DNA from: a virus
Length of the DNA stretch: 64,000 nucleotides
Virus record (IMG/VR): IMGVR_UViG_3300031369_000002
Location: 1 to 64,000 of that record
Strand: one strand, 5' to 3'
In this document: positions 28,958 through 37,807 of the stretch, piece after piece
Layout of the letters: each line of letters starts with the position of its first letter
Position numbering within the stretch: position 1 is the stretch's first letter
Position numbers and translations under genes: made by a program
Notes under the pieces: generated by a model
What the model was told of the DNA's origin: nothing
What the model saw: the letters and a program-made list of their open reading frames with translations, nothing else
Databases searched by the model: none

Positions 28958-29929
28958 CTAAAATAAAGCATATGTATTCGCCAAATCAATGATCACACTA
29001 TTATTATCCCTTACAATAGCGGACTCATTTAATAAAAATAATTTCTTTATCCATTCAATAGACTGCTCAAAGTATTTAATATCTTTCTCTATACCTATAA
29101 AAAATCTCTTAGTATTTGCACAAGCTATTCCAGTACCGCCCGACCCAAAACAAAAATCTAAAACAGTATCACCCTCATTACTAAAAGTTGTTATTATATC
29201 CTCCAATAATCTTATAGGCTTTTGCGTAGGATGTACTTTAGCATAATCCTTTTTATAATAAAACACACTGCCTTTAAAATTACCTTTGATATTAAAAGTT
29301 TTATTATGTCTTGCAAATCTATCACATACTTTAGCATAAGGCCAAAAGTTAGGAGCTTTATCAATATGGAATACATTAATAAGCTCCTGATATATATCCT
29401 CAGAACATAATTCAAATTGTAGAGTATCCCACCTTAAAAAGTGTTCTGCTTTTCTATGTCCTAAGATATGATTTATTTTAGTCCTATTAACATTTATATA
29501 AGACATTAAGTATTTTACATACAATCTAACAGGGTTATTATGGTTGCTATCATATTTCTTACAAAAAATACTTATGTCCTCATGATATTTAACCAAAGCT
29601 TTTTTAGCTATTAAATTATTTGCAAAATGATCCTTAACCCATACAGCATCATATAAAAAGAACAAATTTTCATGTTTATAACTTCTTAATTGTGAAGTAT
29701 AAGGCTCCTGGGAAAACACTATTAAATAACCCTTAACTCTCAGCAACTTATTACAATGATTAAAAAATTTGTCCATGTCTAACCTATCATCCCAGGACGT
29801 ATCCTGATTAGAATAACCTTTTAATTCAATATCTTTAATCGTTCCATAAGGAGGGTCCACCAAAATTAAATCTAGCTCCTTATGGATTTTAGTCATCTCT
29901 TCAAAACAATCACCATTATATAAAAGCAT
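28958..29929 (-). CDS. DNA N6-adenine/N4-cytosine methyltransferase (beta class)
   Basis: GDC, DPPY, HPTQKP, DFCFGSG and GIE motifs, with DPPY before the SAM-binding motif; no cognate restriction enzyme adjacent. Confidence 0.92.
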   Translation of the reverse strand: MLLYNGDCFEEMTKIHKELDLILVDPPYGTIKDIELKGYSNQDTSWDDRLDMDKFFNHCNKLLRVKGYLIVFSQEPYTSQLRSYKHENLFFLYDAVWVKDHFANNLIAKKALVKYHEDISIFCKKYDSNHNNPVRLYVKYLMSYINVNRTKINHILGHRKAEHFLRWDTLQFELCSEDIYQELINVFHIDKAPNFWPYAKVCDRFARHNKTFNIKGNFKGSVFYYKKDYAKVHPTQKPIRLLEDIITTFSNEGDTVLDFCFGSGGTGIACANTKRFFIGIEKDIKYFEQSIEWIKKLFLLNESAIVRDNNSVIIDLANTYALF

Positions 29930-29943
29930 AATTCCTCCCATAA

Positions 29944-30022
29944 ATTAAAGCCCTTTAAAAAAATAAAGAGCTTTAAACAAATATATTAAACTACACAGCA
30001 ACAATAATAATAAATAACTTCT
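29944..30022 (-). ncRNA. Candidate small RNA or attenuating leader of the methylase
   Basis: TTTACA (30052-57)-N17-TATACT, hairpin at 29946-29975. Confidence 0.4.
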
Positions 30023-30059
30023 ATATTGAGTATAGCATAAGGCTATACAAATGTAAACA

Positions 30060-30123
30060 TTAAAATAAGCCCCATACAGAGCTTATTTTAAAGTCAATAA
30101 CAGTTCCATTATGAAAAAACTAT
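30060..30123 (-). ncRNA. Candidate small RNA
   Basis: TTGACT (30153-58)-N17-TATAAT, terminator at 30061-30090, no RBS or ORF. Confidence 0.5.
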
Positions 30124-30158
30124 ACAACTATTATAAAATACCATTTTACTTTAGTCAA

Positions 30159-30308
30159 TTATTTCTCATCTTCCAAACTATTAACCATAGCCTCATGTTC
30201 TACCACAACTTTTTTAATCCTGCTTATTAACCAAACACCTACTACATAACATACAACAAAGATTAAATAAGCAAACATCAACACATAAATTCCAGCTAAC
30301 CTACTCAT
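30159..30308 (-). CDS. Single-TM micro protein (49 aa)
   Basis: Not in track; MSRLAGIYVLMFAYLIFVVCYVVGVWLI... Confidence 0.5.
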   Translation of the reverse strand: MSRLAGIYVLMFAYLIFVVCYVVGVWLISRIKKVVVEHEAMVNSLEDEK

Positions 30309-30316
30309 AATTTCAC

Positions 30317-30538
30317 CTACCCTGTAATCTCAGGAGTTATAATTGTAGGTAAAGTAACATCAGGAGTTATAGTCGGTGTTGGCGTAGGAGTATGAGAAAT
30401 AGGCGTATAAGATTTAAAAGTCCTACGTATATTTGCCTTTTCAAGCTCCTTTTTATTACCATTTTCATTGTTGGAAGCCAACAATAAACCAACGATACAA
30501 AATCCTAAAACAATCAAAACTAAAACTACTTTTTTCAA
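30317..30538 (-). CDS. Membrane-anchored Pro/Thr-rich protein
   Basis: Signal/TM segment followed by TPTPTPTITP. Confidence 0.55.
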   Translation of the reverse strand: MKKVVLVLIVLGFCIVGLLLASNNENGNKKELEKANIRRTFKSYTPISHTPTPTPTITPDVTLPTIITPEITG

Positions 30539-30556
30539 AAGAATCCCCCTCCTTTC

Positions 30557-30685
30557 TTACTTTTTAATAACCAACTTTTCCCAATTACGACACTTACTAT
30601 TCTTGGGATTTGCACAGACCCATCTAGTCCATTTATTAGTATCTTCTATACAAGTGGCTTTATCGCCACACTCTGCACAATACAT
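30557..30685 (-). CDS. Micro zinc-binding protein (42 aa)
   Basis: Not in track; MYCAECG...WVC...C; GGGAGG RBS. Confidence 0.55.
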   Translation of the reverse strand: MYCAECGDKATCIEDTNKWTRWVCANPKNSKCRNWEKLVIKK

Positions 30686-30830
30686 AATCTTAATCCTCCC
30701 TTTCTTAGCTTCCTTTTATAGAAGCTCTAACAACTTTAGTAATCATAGGGAACCATACTACACTAGTACTCCCTAATAACAAACATGCACTAATTATAAC
30801 AGTTTTCAATAAAATTCCTCCTCTCCTAAG

Positions 30831-31469
30831 TTAATCGAAAAAATCACTAGTCTTATCAAAAAGGTCATAAGCATTATACTTATCTCTGAGAGCATCGAAT
30901 TTTTTCTCTCTATCTTTTAATCTATTAATTAAATCTTTAACTGTAAACCCACAATCTCGTAGTCTCATCATACTAAAGTCATCCTCCAAAAGAGCAATAA
31001 GAGACTCTTTTGCATTTTGTAACAAATCCCTATAAATTTCTATCTCAGCCTCTAGACAATTGTACACATAATCATATACAATCTTACACAAATCTGACAA
31101 ACTGAGTTGAAATACAAGAACCTCGGCCCCACTATCAAAAGCCTCAAAAACAAAATCCTCTTCTTGTATAAAGCACTCTATAGGAAACCTTATTTTATAA
31201 TTATCAGGTTTAAAAGAATCCTGATAAAAATATTTTACTTTGCGTAAATAATCCAAGCATTTATTTTCTAATAAAGAATACTCTATCTCTATCTTTTTTA
31301 TAATGCCATCCTCATCATAAACATTATCTATTTTCACATTCTCAGCATCACAAATCCAAGTTATTTTTGGAGTCTTTTGTAACTGTCCAAACTCAGTTAT
31401 TCCTAGACGTTCCAAATCCTCGACTTTTAAATCTTCCACTATAAAATCAAAACTTAATTCTACTACCAT
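30831..31469 (-). CDS. Hypothetical acidic protein
   Basis: ATG at 31469 with GGAGG RBS. Confidence 0.6.
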   Translation of the reverse strand: MVVELSFDFIVEDLKVEDLERLGITEFGQLQKTPKITWICDAENVKIDNVYDEDGIIKKIEIEYSLLENKCLDYLRKVKYFYQDSFKPDNYKIRFPIECFIQEEDFVFEAFDSGAEVLVFQLSLSDLCKIVYDYVYNCLEAEIEIYRDLLQNAKESLIALLEDDFSMMRLRDCGFTVKDLINRLKDREKKFDALRDKYNAYDLFDKTSDFFD

Positions 31470-32008
31470 AATTATGCCTCCTAATAAATTATACACTCAT
31501 CCAAAAACAGCCTCTTCATAATCTTTTAAAGCTTTTATATACACCTCTCCCATATAGGTGTATTCAATTTTTTTATCATACACATTAGCTTTAAAATATC
31601 CCACAAAAGCATCTTTTAGCTCTGGCTTAATATATTTCTCAAAAGCTTTATTAGCTACTTTAAGATATGCACCGTAGCTATTAAAATTTTTAAACATTAA
31701 ATGCCTATACTTATCATAAAACTCCCTTTTAAATACAATAGAAGAATAGTCTAGAAAAACCTCCTCAATATAAATAGTACTATTAAAGTCTTTTGCTAAC
31801 TCAAATAATCTAGTTTTACTTAAATCCTCAGAATTAGCACAAATATCAATCTCAGAACTAAGACAAATATCAAGTACAGGATATTTATCTTTAAACTCCT
31901 TTCTTAGTTCAGTTAAATTAACCACCTTTAATTGTTTTCTCTTAGCTTCCTCTATAAAATCTTTTATTTCCTTAACCATAAATACCTCCTAATAAACTAT
32001 ACTCTCAT
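31465..32008. repeat. About 35-bp imperfect direct repeats flanking one gene
   Basis: accataattatgcctcctaataaattatacactcat (31465-31500) vs accataaatacctcctaataaactatactctcat (31975-32008). Confidence 0.7.
31497..31979 (-). CDS. Hypothetical protein
   Basis: 160 aa, GGAGG RBS. Confidence 0.6.
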   Translation of the reverse strand: MVKEIKDFIEEAKRKQLKVVNLTELRKEFKDKYPVLDICLSSEIDICANSEDLSKTRLFELAKDFNSTIYIEEVFLDYSSIVFKREFYDKYRHLMFKNFNSYGAYLKVANKAFEKYIKPELKDAFVGYFKANVYDKKIEYTYMGEVYIKALKDYEEAVFG

Positions 32009-32132
32009 ACCACATAACTTTGCCACATCTAGAGCATTTATGTTCGTATAATAGAATACCTGAGAAGTCCTCAGTTTTTCCCGTATACTCAAAATACCCT
32101 ATGCAATGAAACCTATCACATTTTACTGCCAT
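31989..32132 (-). CDS. Micro zinc-ribbon protein (47 aa)
   Basis: Not in track; KCDRFHC...KCSRCG. Confidence 0.55.
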   Translation of the reverse strand: MAVKCDRFHCIGYFEYTGKTEDFSGILLYEHKCSRCGKVMWYESIVY

Positions 32133-32221
32133 ACTAAAATCCTTTCTTATAATATTATACAGCCTCATATTTAAAAAGACTGTACTTAAATTTATTTTAA
32201 AACAAAGCGGGGAAATATTCC

Positions 32222-32392
32222 CTACTCTATTATAAATTTTCCCCAGTTGTTAACCACTGACTCATACAGTTCATTACAACTATCAAACTTATTCATGTCT
32301 ATCATATAGTTATCAAGTTCCCATTGAGAGAACTCAATTCCTCTGTCCATCAACCTACTTGCAATTATTTTTTTAGCTATAACACTTAACAT
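32222..32392 (-). CDS. Early micro protein (56 aa)
   Basis: Not in track; first gene after class I promoter 32435-32463, GAGGAGG RBS. Confidence 0.6.
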   Translation of the reverse strand: MLSVIAKKIIASRLMDRGIEFSQWELDNYMIDMNKFDSCNELYESVVNNWGKFIIE

Positions 32393-32418
32393 CTTAACGT
32401 CCTCCTCAAAATTTATTA

Positions 32419-32463
32419 TTTATCTTATGTTCTTATTATATAATAATCCTTTACATGTGTCAA
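32419..32463 (-). promoter_or_regulatory. Class I promoter plus conserved ATAAGATAAA leader
   Basis: TTGACAcatgtaaagg..-N17-TATAAT. Confidence 0.85.
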
Positions 32464-32481
32464 GCATAAAGCTAAAAATTT

Positions 32482-32724
32482 TTAACTTAAATTTCTTATA
32501 AAATGCAGTATACCCAAGGACTCCAAATCATTTAAAAATCCCTCTGCATTAACTCTTATTTTTATGCCTTTTAAAATATTAACTCGATCTCGGACCTGAC
32601 ACATATATATCAAGTCCGACTTATCATTACAATAAGCTGCCTTTTTCATTTCCTGGACCACTTCAAGACAAGTATCCCCAGAAAATATGTTTTTATCATC
32701 TCTATATTTTAACATTCTATTCAC
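32482..32724 (-). CDS. Small protein co-transcribed with the amidoligase
   Basis: 80 aa ORF, GGAGG RBS. Confidence 0.55.
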   Translation of the reverse strand: MNRMLKYRDDKNIFSGDTCLEVVQEMKKAAYCNDKSDLIYMCQVRDRVNILKGIKIRVNAEGFLNDLESLGILHFIRNLS

Positions 32725-32742
32725 CTCCTGACACTATTAGCC

Positions 32743-33585
32743 CTAAGAGGCTAATAATGCTTTTCTTCCAGTATAGAATTTCACTACACTGGCTTCAACC
32801 TCTGCGGTATACATCAAAGACTCAAACCATTTATTTTGATTTGGTCTTTTAGCTACGACTTTTTTAGCCCTGGCCCCTCTTTCTACTAAACCCTGAGTTA
32901 ATAATAACCAGTTTAAGATTTTTTCAAACTCTACAGTACCACTATGATGACGAAACTCAATAGTGCCGTAAACAGCATAACTGTTTACATTTAATTTTCT
33001 ATATCTAGCTCTATAAGTGTCTGTGAATACTTCAAGCAAGTCACTGACTGTACTTTTAGAGTCGATCAAATCAAATTTAGCTTTTAAATTCATACCTGAT
33101 AAAGTTCCAACATCTGAGAAGTTTAAGCAATACATATTAGCATTGCCTTTTCTTGAGAGAGGCATAAAATTATCAATTTCATCCTCAAACTTTAAATAGG
33201 CCTTAGTTAGCGTTTTCCAGCTATCCAAGGTATAATCAATAATTTCATGATGGATATGCAAGCCACAAGACTTGTTAACAGTGGCTCCTATGGTATCTAA
33301 TACAGCACATACAGCCTTTAACTGATTAACACCATCTTTACCAGATAACGGCGGCGATACTAACTCATAACCTTTAAAATTAACTGTTTTAATTGATTCC
33401 TCAGGCTTTATGGAACAGTCAGTAACAACTTTCCAACAGTTATTTAATACTTCATGAGTATAACCAGCATACACACAAGGTATACCTTCACTCATTAAAA
33501 CATCTGCTATAGCTCTACCAGTATACTGCTGAGGTACCAACATTTCTATTTCAATCCCAAACTTTCTACCAGTTAATTTTTTCAT
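32743..33585 (-). CDS. Putative amidoligase (COOH-NH2 ligase, Amidoligase_2-like)
   Basis: FGIEIE, W.VV.D.SI, ELVSPPL, SCGLHIH, RY.KLN and TIEFR.H.GT motifs. Confidence 0.88.
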   Translation of the reverse strand: MKKLTGRKFGIEIEMLVPQQYTGRAIADVLMSEGIPCVYAGYTHEVLNNCWKVVTDCSIKPEESIKTVNFKGYELVSPPLSGKDGVNQLKAVCAVLDTIGATVNKSCGLHIHHEIIDYTLDSWKTLTKAYLKFEDEIDNFMPLSRKGNANMYCLNFSDVGTLSGMNLKAKFDLIDSKSTVSDLLEVFTDTYRARYRKLNVNSYAVYGTIEFRHHSGTVEFEKILNWLLLTQGLVERGARAKKVVAKRPNQNKWFESLMYTAEVEASVVKFYTGRKALLAS

Positions 33586-33614
33586 TTTTAAAATCCCCCT
33601 TAAATTTGTTATGA

Positions 33615-33659
33615 TTTATCTTATGTTTACATTATATAATAAACCTTTACACATGTCAA
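33615..33659 (-). promoter_or_regulatory. Class I promoter plus leader
   Basis: TTGACAtgtgtaaagg..-N17-TATAAT-N6-ATAAGATAAA. Confidence 0.85.
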
Positions 33660-33704
33660 GGAGGATTTTAAAATTTTTATGTTAATATTTAATTTTTTTA
33701 TTTT

Positions 33705-34346
33705 CTACAGAGAATCAATATACCTTCTTTCCCTATGAAAGATAGGCCATAAATCCTTCTCAGCTTCCTTTATAGTATTACCAAAAGAGTAATAGTTGCA
33801 ATCAGCTAAATAATCCCATACTGACATTTTCTGAGTTCTTTCCACATCAGCCACCTTTTCAGTAGCAATAAACTCAAAATTAGGACTGATAAAGCTCACA
33901 TATGGGATATGTGACCCTATTTCCTCCAAATCATTATAAAACTCATTAAATGAATTAACAAACCCGCTGGACATATAGCTGCAGACCTCTCCTAATGTCA
34001 AAGGTAAAGCCTTATAATTCTTATCATAGATGACATTTAAACCATCTATAAAATAACCCTCATAAAAGGTCTTTTTTAACTTATACACTTCATTATTAAG
34101 CTTTTTTCTACTTGGCATAACATCTAATAAATCCTGGGCCTGCAAACCCAAGTGATAATTTTCTACTGAATATTTAAACGTATATTTATTAACTTTAGAC
34201 ACCATAGTAAGTTCCTCCTTAGTATTATCAGCACTATCCACACACTCCATTTCTTGCTCAGAGTCCACTCTATCATTATACTCACAATAACCGTTTACAT
34301 TATACACACACGCACCATAAGCGTCACAAGGTACATAATCACACAT
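33705..34346 (-). CDS. Early hypothetical protein with N-terminal Cys cluster
   Basis: CDA..ACVYN..GYC N-terminus; first gene after a class I promoter. Confidence 0.6.
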   Translation of the reverse strand: MCDYVPCDAYGACVYNVNGYCEYNDRVDSEQEMECVDSADNTKEELTMVSKVNKYTFKYSVENYHLGLQAQDLLDVMPSRKKLNNEVYKLKKTFYEGYFIDGLNVIYDKNYKALPLTLGEVCSYMSSGFVNSFNEFYNDLEEIGSHIPYVSFISPNFEFIATEKVADVERTQKMSVWDYLADCNYYSFGNTIKEAEKDLWPIFHRERRYIDSL

Positions 34347-34370
34347 AATTGTCTCCTCCTAAAAATATAA

Positions 34371-34415
34371 TTTATCTTATGATTTAATTATATACCTATG
34401 CTTTACACATGTCAA
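34371..34415 (-). promoter_or_regulatory. Class I promoter plus leader
   Basis: TTGACAtgtgtaaag..-N17-TATAAT. Confidence 0.85.
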
Positions 34416-34792
34416 GGATTATTTTTTATTTCTTCTAAAACTTCATCATCTAAACTGCAGTGATAACATAAACCCTCATAATGCTTTACAACTCCACACT
34501 TAGGACACTTTAAAAGAGCCTCAGCAGAAGCATCTTTTTTAAACTTCTCTATAAATCTTTTATATCTGGCTTCTAATATAGAGGCCTTATCTTTTCTATT
34601 AAAATAAGCCTCCAACAATATATAAAGATCAGCCATCTCAGCTTCCCATTTATCGCTAACCTTCATATACTTATATTCATGATCGTATAAAAAAGAAACT
34701 TCTCGAACATGATCCATAATACCCAGCTTATTAAAATACTCCTTAGCATATATTTTAGCTATCTCAGCCACATATTGAAACTTTTCAAACAT
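34412..34792 (-). CDS. Hypothetical protein with C-terminal zinc ribbon
   Basis: ATG at 34792 with GGAGG RBS; CPKCG...CYHC. Confidence 0.6.
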   Translation of the reverse strand: MFEKFQYVAEIAKIYAKEYFNKLGIMDHVREVSFLYDHEYKYMKVSDKWEAEMADLYILLEAYFNRKDKASILEARYKRFIEKFKKDASAEALLKCPKCGVVKHYEGLCYHCSLDDEVLEEIKNNP

Positions 34793-34837
34793 AAATATTC
34801 CTCCAAACGAAATAAAGGCGACCAACAAAAGGCCACC

Positions 34838-35002
34838 TTATTTTTTACAATCCCTACATGTTTTAGTTTTATCATCCCAGCATTTAGGACAAACCAACTT
34901 ATCACAAGTAGGACAATAAATCATATCTTTTTTTATATGCATATTGATACACAAATCACAATTACACATATAAGTATAGCGTTTTTCTGGCTTTTCTTCC
35001 AT
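34838..35002 (-). CDS. Micro 8-Cys zinc-finger protein (54 aa)
   Basis: Not in track; CDLC...CPTC..VCPKCWDDKTKTCRDC; paralog of 35748..35957. Confidence 0.7.
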   Translation of the reverse strand: MEEKPEKRYTYMCNCDLCINMHIKKDMIYCPTCDKLVCPKCWDDKTKTCRDCKK

Positions 35003-35049
35003 AATAAAAACCTCCTCATAGATAAAAGGGAGACATAATCTCCCTAAGT

Positions 35050-35235
35050 TTACTTACCTTTTTTATATTTATCTCGTCTTTTTTGGTGATAATCTTTCAC
35101 TTTCTGATTACCTGGCTTAGTAGTATCACAAGGACAATCTTTTCCAGGCGGTAACCCACAAACAGGGCCACCTTTTAAAGTCTCACAATACCAATCACAG
35201 CCTATCTGAGTACACCTTTTAGATATCTCAGTCAT
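35050..35235 (-). CDS. Cys-rich micro protein
   Basis: 61 aa with 6 Cys, GGAGG RBS. Confidence 0.55.
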   Translation of the reverse strand: MTEISKRCTQIGCDWYCETLKGGPVCGLPPGKDCPCDTTKPGNQKVKDYHQKRRDKYKKGK

Positions 35236-35247
35236 TTAATTCCTCCT

Positions 35248-35463
35248 TTAAAAAGCGTTTAAATGAGTTTCAAAAGCTGTCTTAGCTTCCTCCTCTGTGC
35301 CTGTAAAAATAAAACAATGGTTAAGTCTATTAGAAGACACATAAGCAAAATCATCTTTTGTCTTTAGGGCTTCTACAAAACTTACAGGAAAAGTTTTTCT
35401 AATTCTTACAGTAGTATGCCCAGTGACATCATCATAACTAAAACTAACTTTTTTCTTCCACAT
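35248..35463 (-). CDS. Early hypothetical protein
   Basis: First gene after class I promoter 35500-35528. Confidence 0.6.
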   Translation of the reverse strand: MWKKKVSFSYDDVTGHTTVRIRKTFPVSFVEALKTKDDFAYVSSNRLNHCFIFTGTEEEAKTAFETHLNAF

Positions 35464-35483
35464 ATCAACGCCTCCAAATATAA

Positions 35484-35529
35484 TTTATCTTACATTCTTA
35501 TTGTATAATATTCCTTGACATATGTCAAG
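35484..35529 (-). promoter_or_regulatory. Class I promoter with perfect palindrome CTTGACATATGTCAAG
   Basis: TTGACA-N17-TACAAT, leader GTAAGATAAA. Confidence 0.85.
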
Positions 35530-35536
35530 CTTTTAT

Positions 35537-35743
35537 TTAAAATAATTTATAAATATTAGGCTGTTTATAAAAGCATTCAAACTTAATATCATCTAAACTT
35601 ATTCTAAATTGCATTCCATTTTTACAGATAAGCATTTCATTAGAATCATTAAAAGTAACTGAGTAATAATTTCCTTCTTTATCAGTACCCCTATATAATC
35701 CATCATCTTCATAAGCTTTATTTATAGCCTGAATAAAATGCAT
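35537..35743 (-). CDS. Hypothetical protein
   Basis: 68 aa ORF with RBS. Confidence 0.5.
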   Translation of the reverse strand: MHFIQAINKAYEDDGLYRGTDKEGNYYSVTFNDSNEMLICKNGMQFRISLDDIKFECFYKQPNIYKLF

Positions 35744-35747
35744 TTAA

Positions 35748-35957
35748 TCACTCCTTACAGCTCTTACATGTTTTAGTTTTGCTATCCCAACAATCATCAC
35801 AAACATTATGCAAACAAGGGTAACAATAGTTACCCTTTTCATTTTCTTTCAATATGATAAGCTTTTTGCAACAACCACAATGCACCATAACTCCAGCACA
35901 ATTATAACTGTTAACACTGAAAAAAGAAGGTCCTTTATCTTTCTTTTTTCCAAACAT
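35748..35957 (-). CDS. Micro 8-Cys zinc-finger protein
   Basis: CGCC...CYPC..VCDDCWDSKTKTCKSC. Confidence 0.65.
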   Translation of the reverse strand: MFGKKKDKGPSFFSVNSYNCAGVMVHCGCCKKLIILKENEKGNYCYPCLHNVCDDCWDSKTKTCKSCKE

Positions 35958-35977
35958 TTAAAACAACTCCTACTCTT

Positions 35978-36262
35978 TTATGTAAAATTCACACTATCAA
36001 ACGAAACATTACAGATTTCATTTTCCCCAGGTTTTATAATAAACACTCCCCCAGTTAAGCCCTTATTTAGCCACTTAATTCCGTCCTGTATAGCTGCATG
36101 ATTAACATCATTTAAATTTACCTTATACTCATATAAATCTCCAAAACTTAAAAGGTATACAGGCTTATCCCCATACAAATCTTTATCTATATCAACAGTA
36201 CATAAAACGCTTTTAGTTTCAAATACGCTGATATCATCCTCATATTTCACACAAACACGCAT
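35978..36262 (-). CDS. Hypothetical protein
   Basis: 94 aa ORF, GGAGG RBS. Confidence 0.55.
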   Translation of the reverse strand: MRVCVKYEDDISVFETKSVLCTVDIDKDLYGDKPVYLLSFGDLYEYKVNLNDVNHAAIQDGIKWLNKGLTGGVFIIKPGENEICNVSFDSVNFT

Positions 36263-36280
36263 AATTCTCAGCCTCCTTCC

Positions 36281-36406
36281 TTATCTACATTTATTGCATA
36301 AACCATTAGAATAACAGTTAATACAAACCATATTTCCGCATTTAGTACAGGTATAGAGCCTAAATACATAGGCTCCACAACCAGCACAAACTAACACTCC
36401 AGTCAT
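36281..36406 (-). CDS. Micro 8-Cys zinc-finger protein (41 aa)
   Basis: Not in track; CAGC...CTKC..VCINC...LCNKC; AGGAGG RBS. Confidence 0.65.
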   Translation of the reverse strand: MTGVLVCAGCGAYVFRLYTCTKCGNMVCINCYSNGLCNKCR

Positions 36407-36425
36407 ACTTTATCCCTCCTAAAAA

Positions 36426-36578
36426 CTATCTGATTTCTGTAATCTCCCATGTACGACCACATTTATTACATTGATGATAAACTACGACTTTCTTTCTTCT
36501 CTGATTATTAATAACTATTTCCTCCGTAGATTTTACGGCCGATATTTTATGCCTACTATCACAATTACATTCTTTCAT
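36426..36578 (-). CDS. Micro zinc-ribbon protein (50 aa)
   Basis: Not in track; CNC...QCNKCGRTW; ATGA-coupled to the upstream gene. Confidence 0.55.
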   Translation of the reverse strand: MKECNCDSRHKISAVKSTEEIVINNQRRKKVVVYHQCNKCGRTWEITEIR

Positions 36579-36724
36579 AAATAAACATATCCTCCCTTTA
36601 CAAGTTTTATACTAAATTCATTATGACAGTTATAACAGATGGAATCATAAAACACATTCCCACCTCTATAAACAGAGATAACAAATTGATTAGTATTACA
36701 TTTAAGACACTTAGGCTCCTCCAT
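36575..36724 (-). CDS. Micro zinc-ribbon protein (49 aa)
   Basis: Not in track; KCLKC...ICYNCHNEF; GGAGG RBS. Confidence 0.6.
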   Translation of the reverse strand: MEEPKCLKCNTNQFVISVYRGGNVFYDSICYNCHNEFSIKLVKGGYVYL

Positions 36725-36814
36725 AAGAACCTCCTACAAATTTTCTAAAAAAGCAGCTAACACCATTAGCCAGCCACTTACACGATTTATAATTTTCATT
36801 AAATAACCTCCATA

Positions 36815-36946
36815 TTAGGCTTTATTATAATTCCATTTATGACCGCATTTAGTACATTCCAAAGGGATAGAATCCACTGGTCCAACAGGAGCAGTGAAAT
36901 AAACTTTTTCTCCACACATAGGACAAACCGCCACAGAAATAGCCAT
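36815..36946 (-). CDS. Micro zinc-ribbon protein (43 aa)
   Basis: MAISVAVCPMCG...ECTKCGHKW; the longer track ORF overlaps another gene. Confidence 0.6.
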   Translation of the reverse strand: MAISVAVCPMCGEKVYFTAPVGPVDSIPLECTKCGHKWNYNKA

Positions 36947-36965
36947 AAGACACACCACCTTTCCT

Positions 36966-37121
36966 TTAAAAATTACCTTTCTCATCACAACTAATAATAA
37001 ACTCATGTTGACATTTAATACATACAACTTTAATATGCCAACCATCAAACATCTTTACAGGCTCAGCACCTACAGCAGGTACTAAGAGGCCACCACAGCC
37101 AACTGCTCTACATACTTCCAT
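36966..37121 (-). CDS. Micro zinc-ribbon protein (51 aa)
   Basis: Not in track; VCRAVGCGG...VCIKCQHEF. Confidence 0.55.
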   Translation of the reverse strand: MEVCRAVGCGGLLVPAVGAEPVKMFDGWHIKVVCIKCQHEFIISCDEKGNF

Positions 37122-37136
37122 TTCTTAGCTTCCTCT

Positions 37137-37481
37137 CTAATTTTCAGCAAATAAATCAATGCCAAGAAGTTGTCCATCTCTTTTACTTTTATCACAATAA
37201 TCTCGATACTTACCCTCTATTCTACCAAAGACTACAGTAACAGCATGATGCAGCTTAGTTTTATTTAAATAGTTGTCTAAATAAATAACCCATATTTCAC
37301 TATCAAAAGTAGCCTCTAGTAAATCAAGAGTAGAATCATCAATAAGCTTTTCACTTATTAACACATTCATTTTATCATTAAACTTAAACACATAAGCATA
37401 AGTTGATTTCTTAGCTTTAAGCCAACTAGATAAAATAACATGTCTTACTAAACCTTTACTACTATTTTTAAGCTCTCTCAT
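37137..37481 (-). CDS. Hypothetical protein
   Basis: First gene after class II promoter 37497-37529. Confidence 0.55.
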   Translation of the reverse strand: MRELKNSSKGLVRHVILSSWLKAKKSTYAYVFKFNDKMNVLISEKLIDDSTLDLLEATFDSEIWVIYLDNYLNKTKLHHAVTVVFGRIEGKYRDYCDKSKRDGQLLGIDLFAEN

Positions 37482-37496
37482 AATATCACCTCAGAT

Positions 37497-37529
37497 ATTA
37501 TACCTAAAAATAATTAAAAAAGCCTGTTA
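37497..37529 (-). promoter_or_regulatory. Class II promoter TAAC-N20-AGGTATAAT
   Basis: gtta at 37526-29, attatacct at 37497-37505. Confidence 0.7.
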
Positions 37530-37793
37530 ATCTTCTAATAAATTTAAAGTATGTCTAACAGCTTCATAATGAGTAAAAGGCTCTTTCCTTTCTTTTCGAT
37601 CAGTGACAAAACCCATAAACAAACTTTTAAATTTATTTATATCAGTCTTAAATAACCTTCTACTTCCTCTATAATAAGACTTACCAACTTCTATAGCATA
37701 ATCTACAGCGGACCAGTTAACACCCTCTTTAGACTTATACTTCAAAGGTTCTCCTCTATCTCTTCTTTTCTTATTTCCTCTACTCATAACCAT
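37527..37793 (-). CDS. Basic hypothetical protein
   Basis: 88 aa ORF, AGGAGG RBS. Confidence 0.55.
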   Translation of the reverse strand: MVMSRGNKKRRDRGEPLKYKSKEGVNWSAVDYAIEVGKSYYRGSRRLFKTDINKFKSLFMGFVTDRKERKEPFTHYEAVRHTLNLLED

Positions 37794-37807
37794 TCCTCCT
37801 ATAAATA

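Noticed and set aside
32209-32244. GGGGAAA/TTTCCCC inverted repeat around TATAAT as an operator-promoter
   Set aside because: One arm and the TATAAT lie in the 3' end of ORF 32222..32392 and there is no -35; more likely a 3' hairpin.
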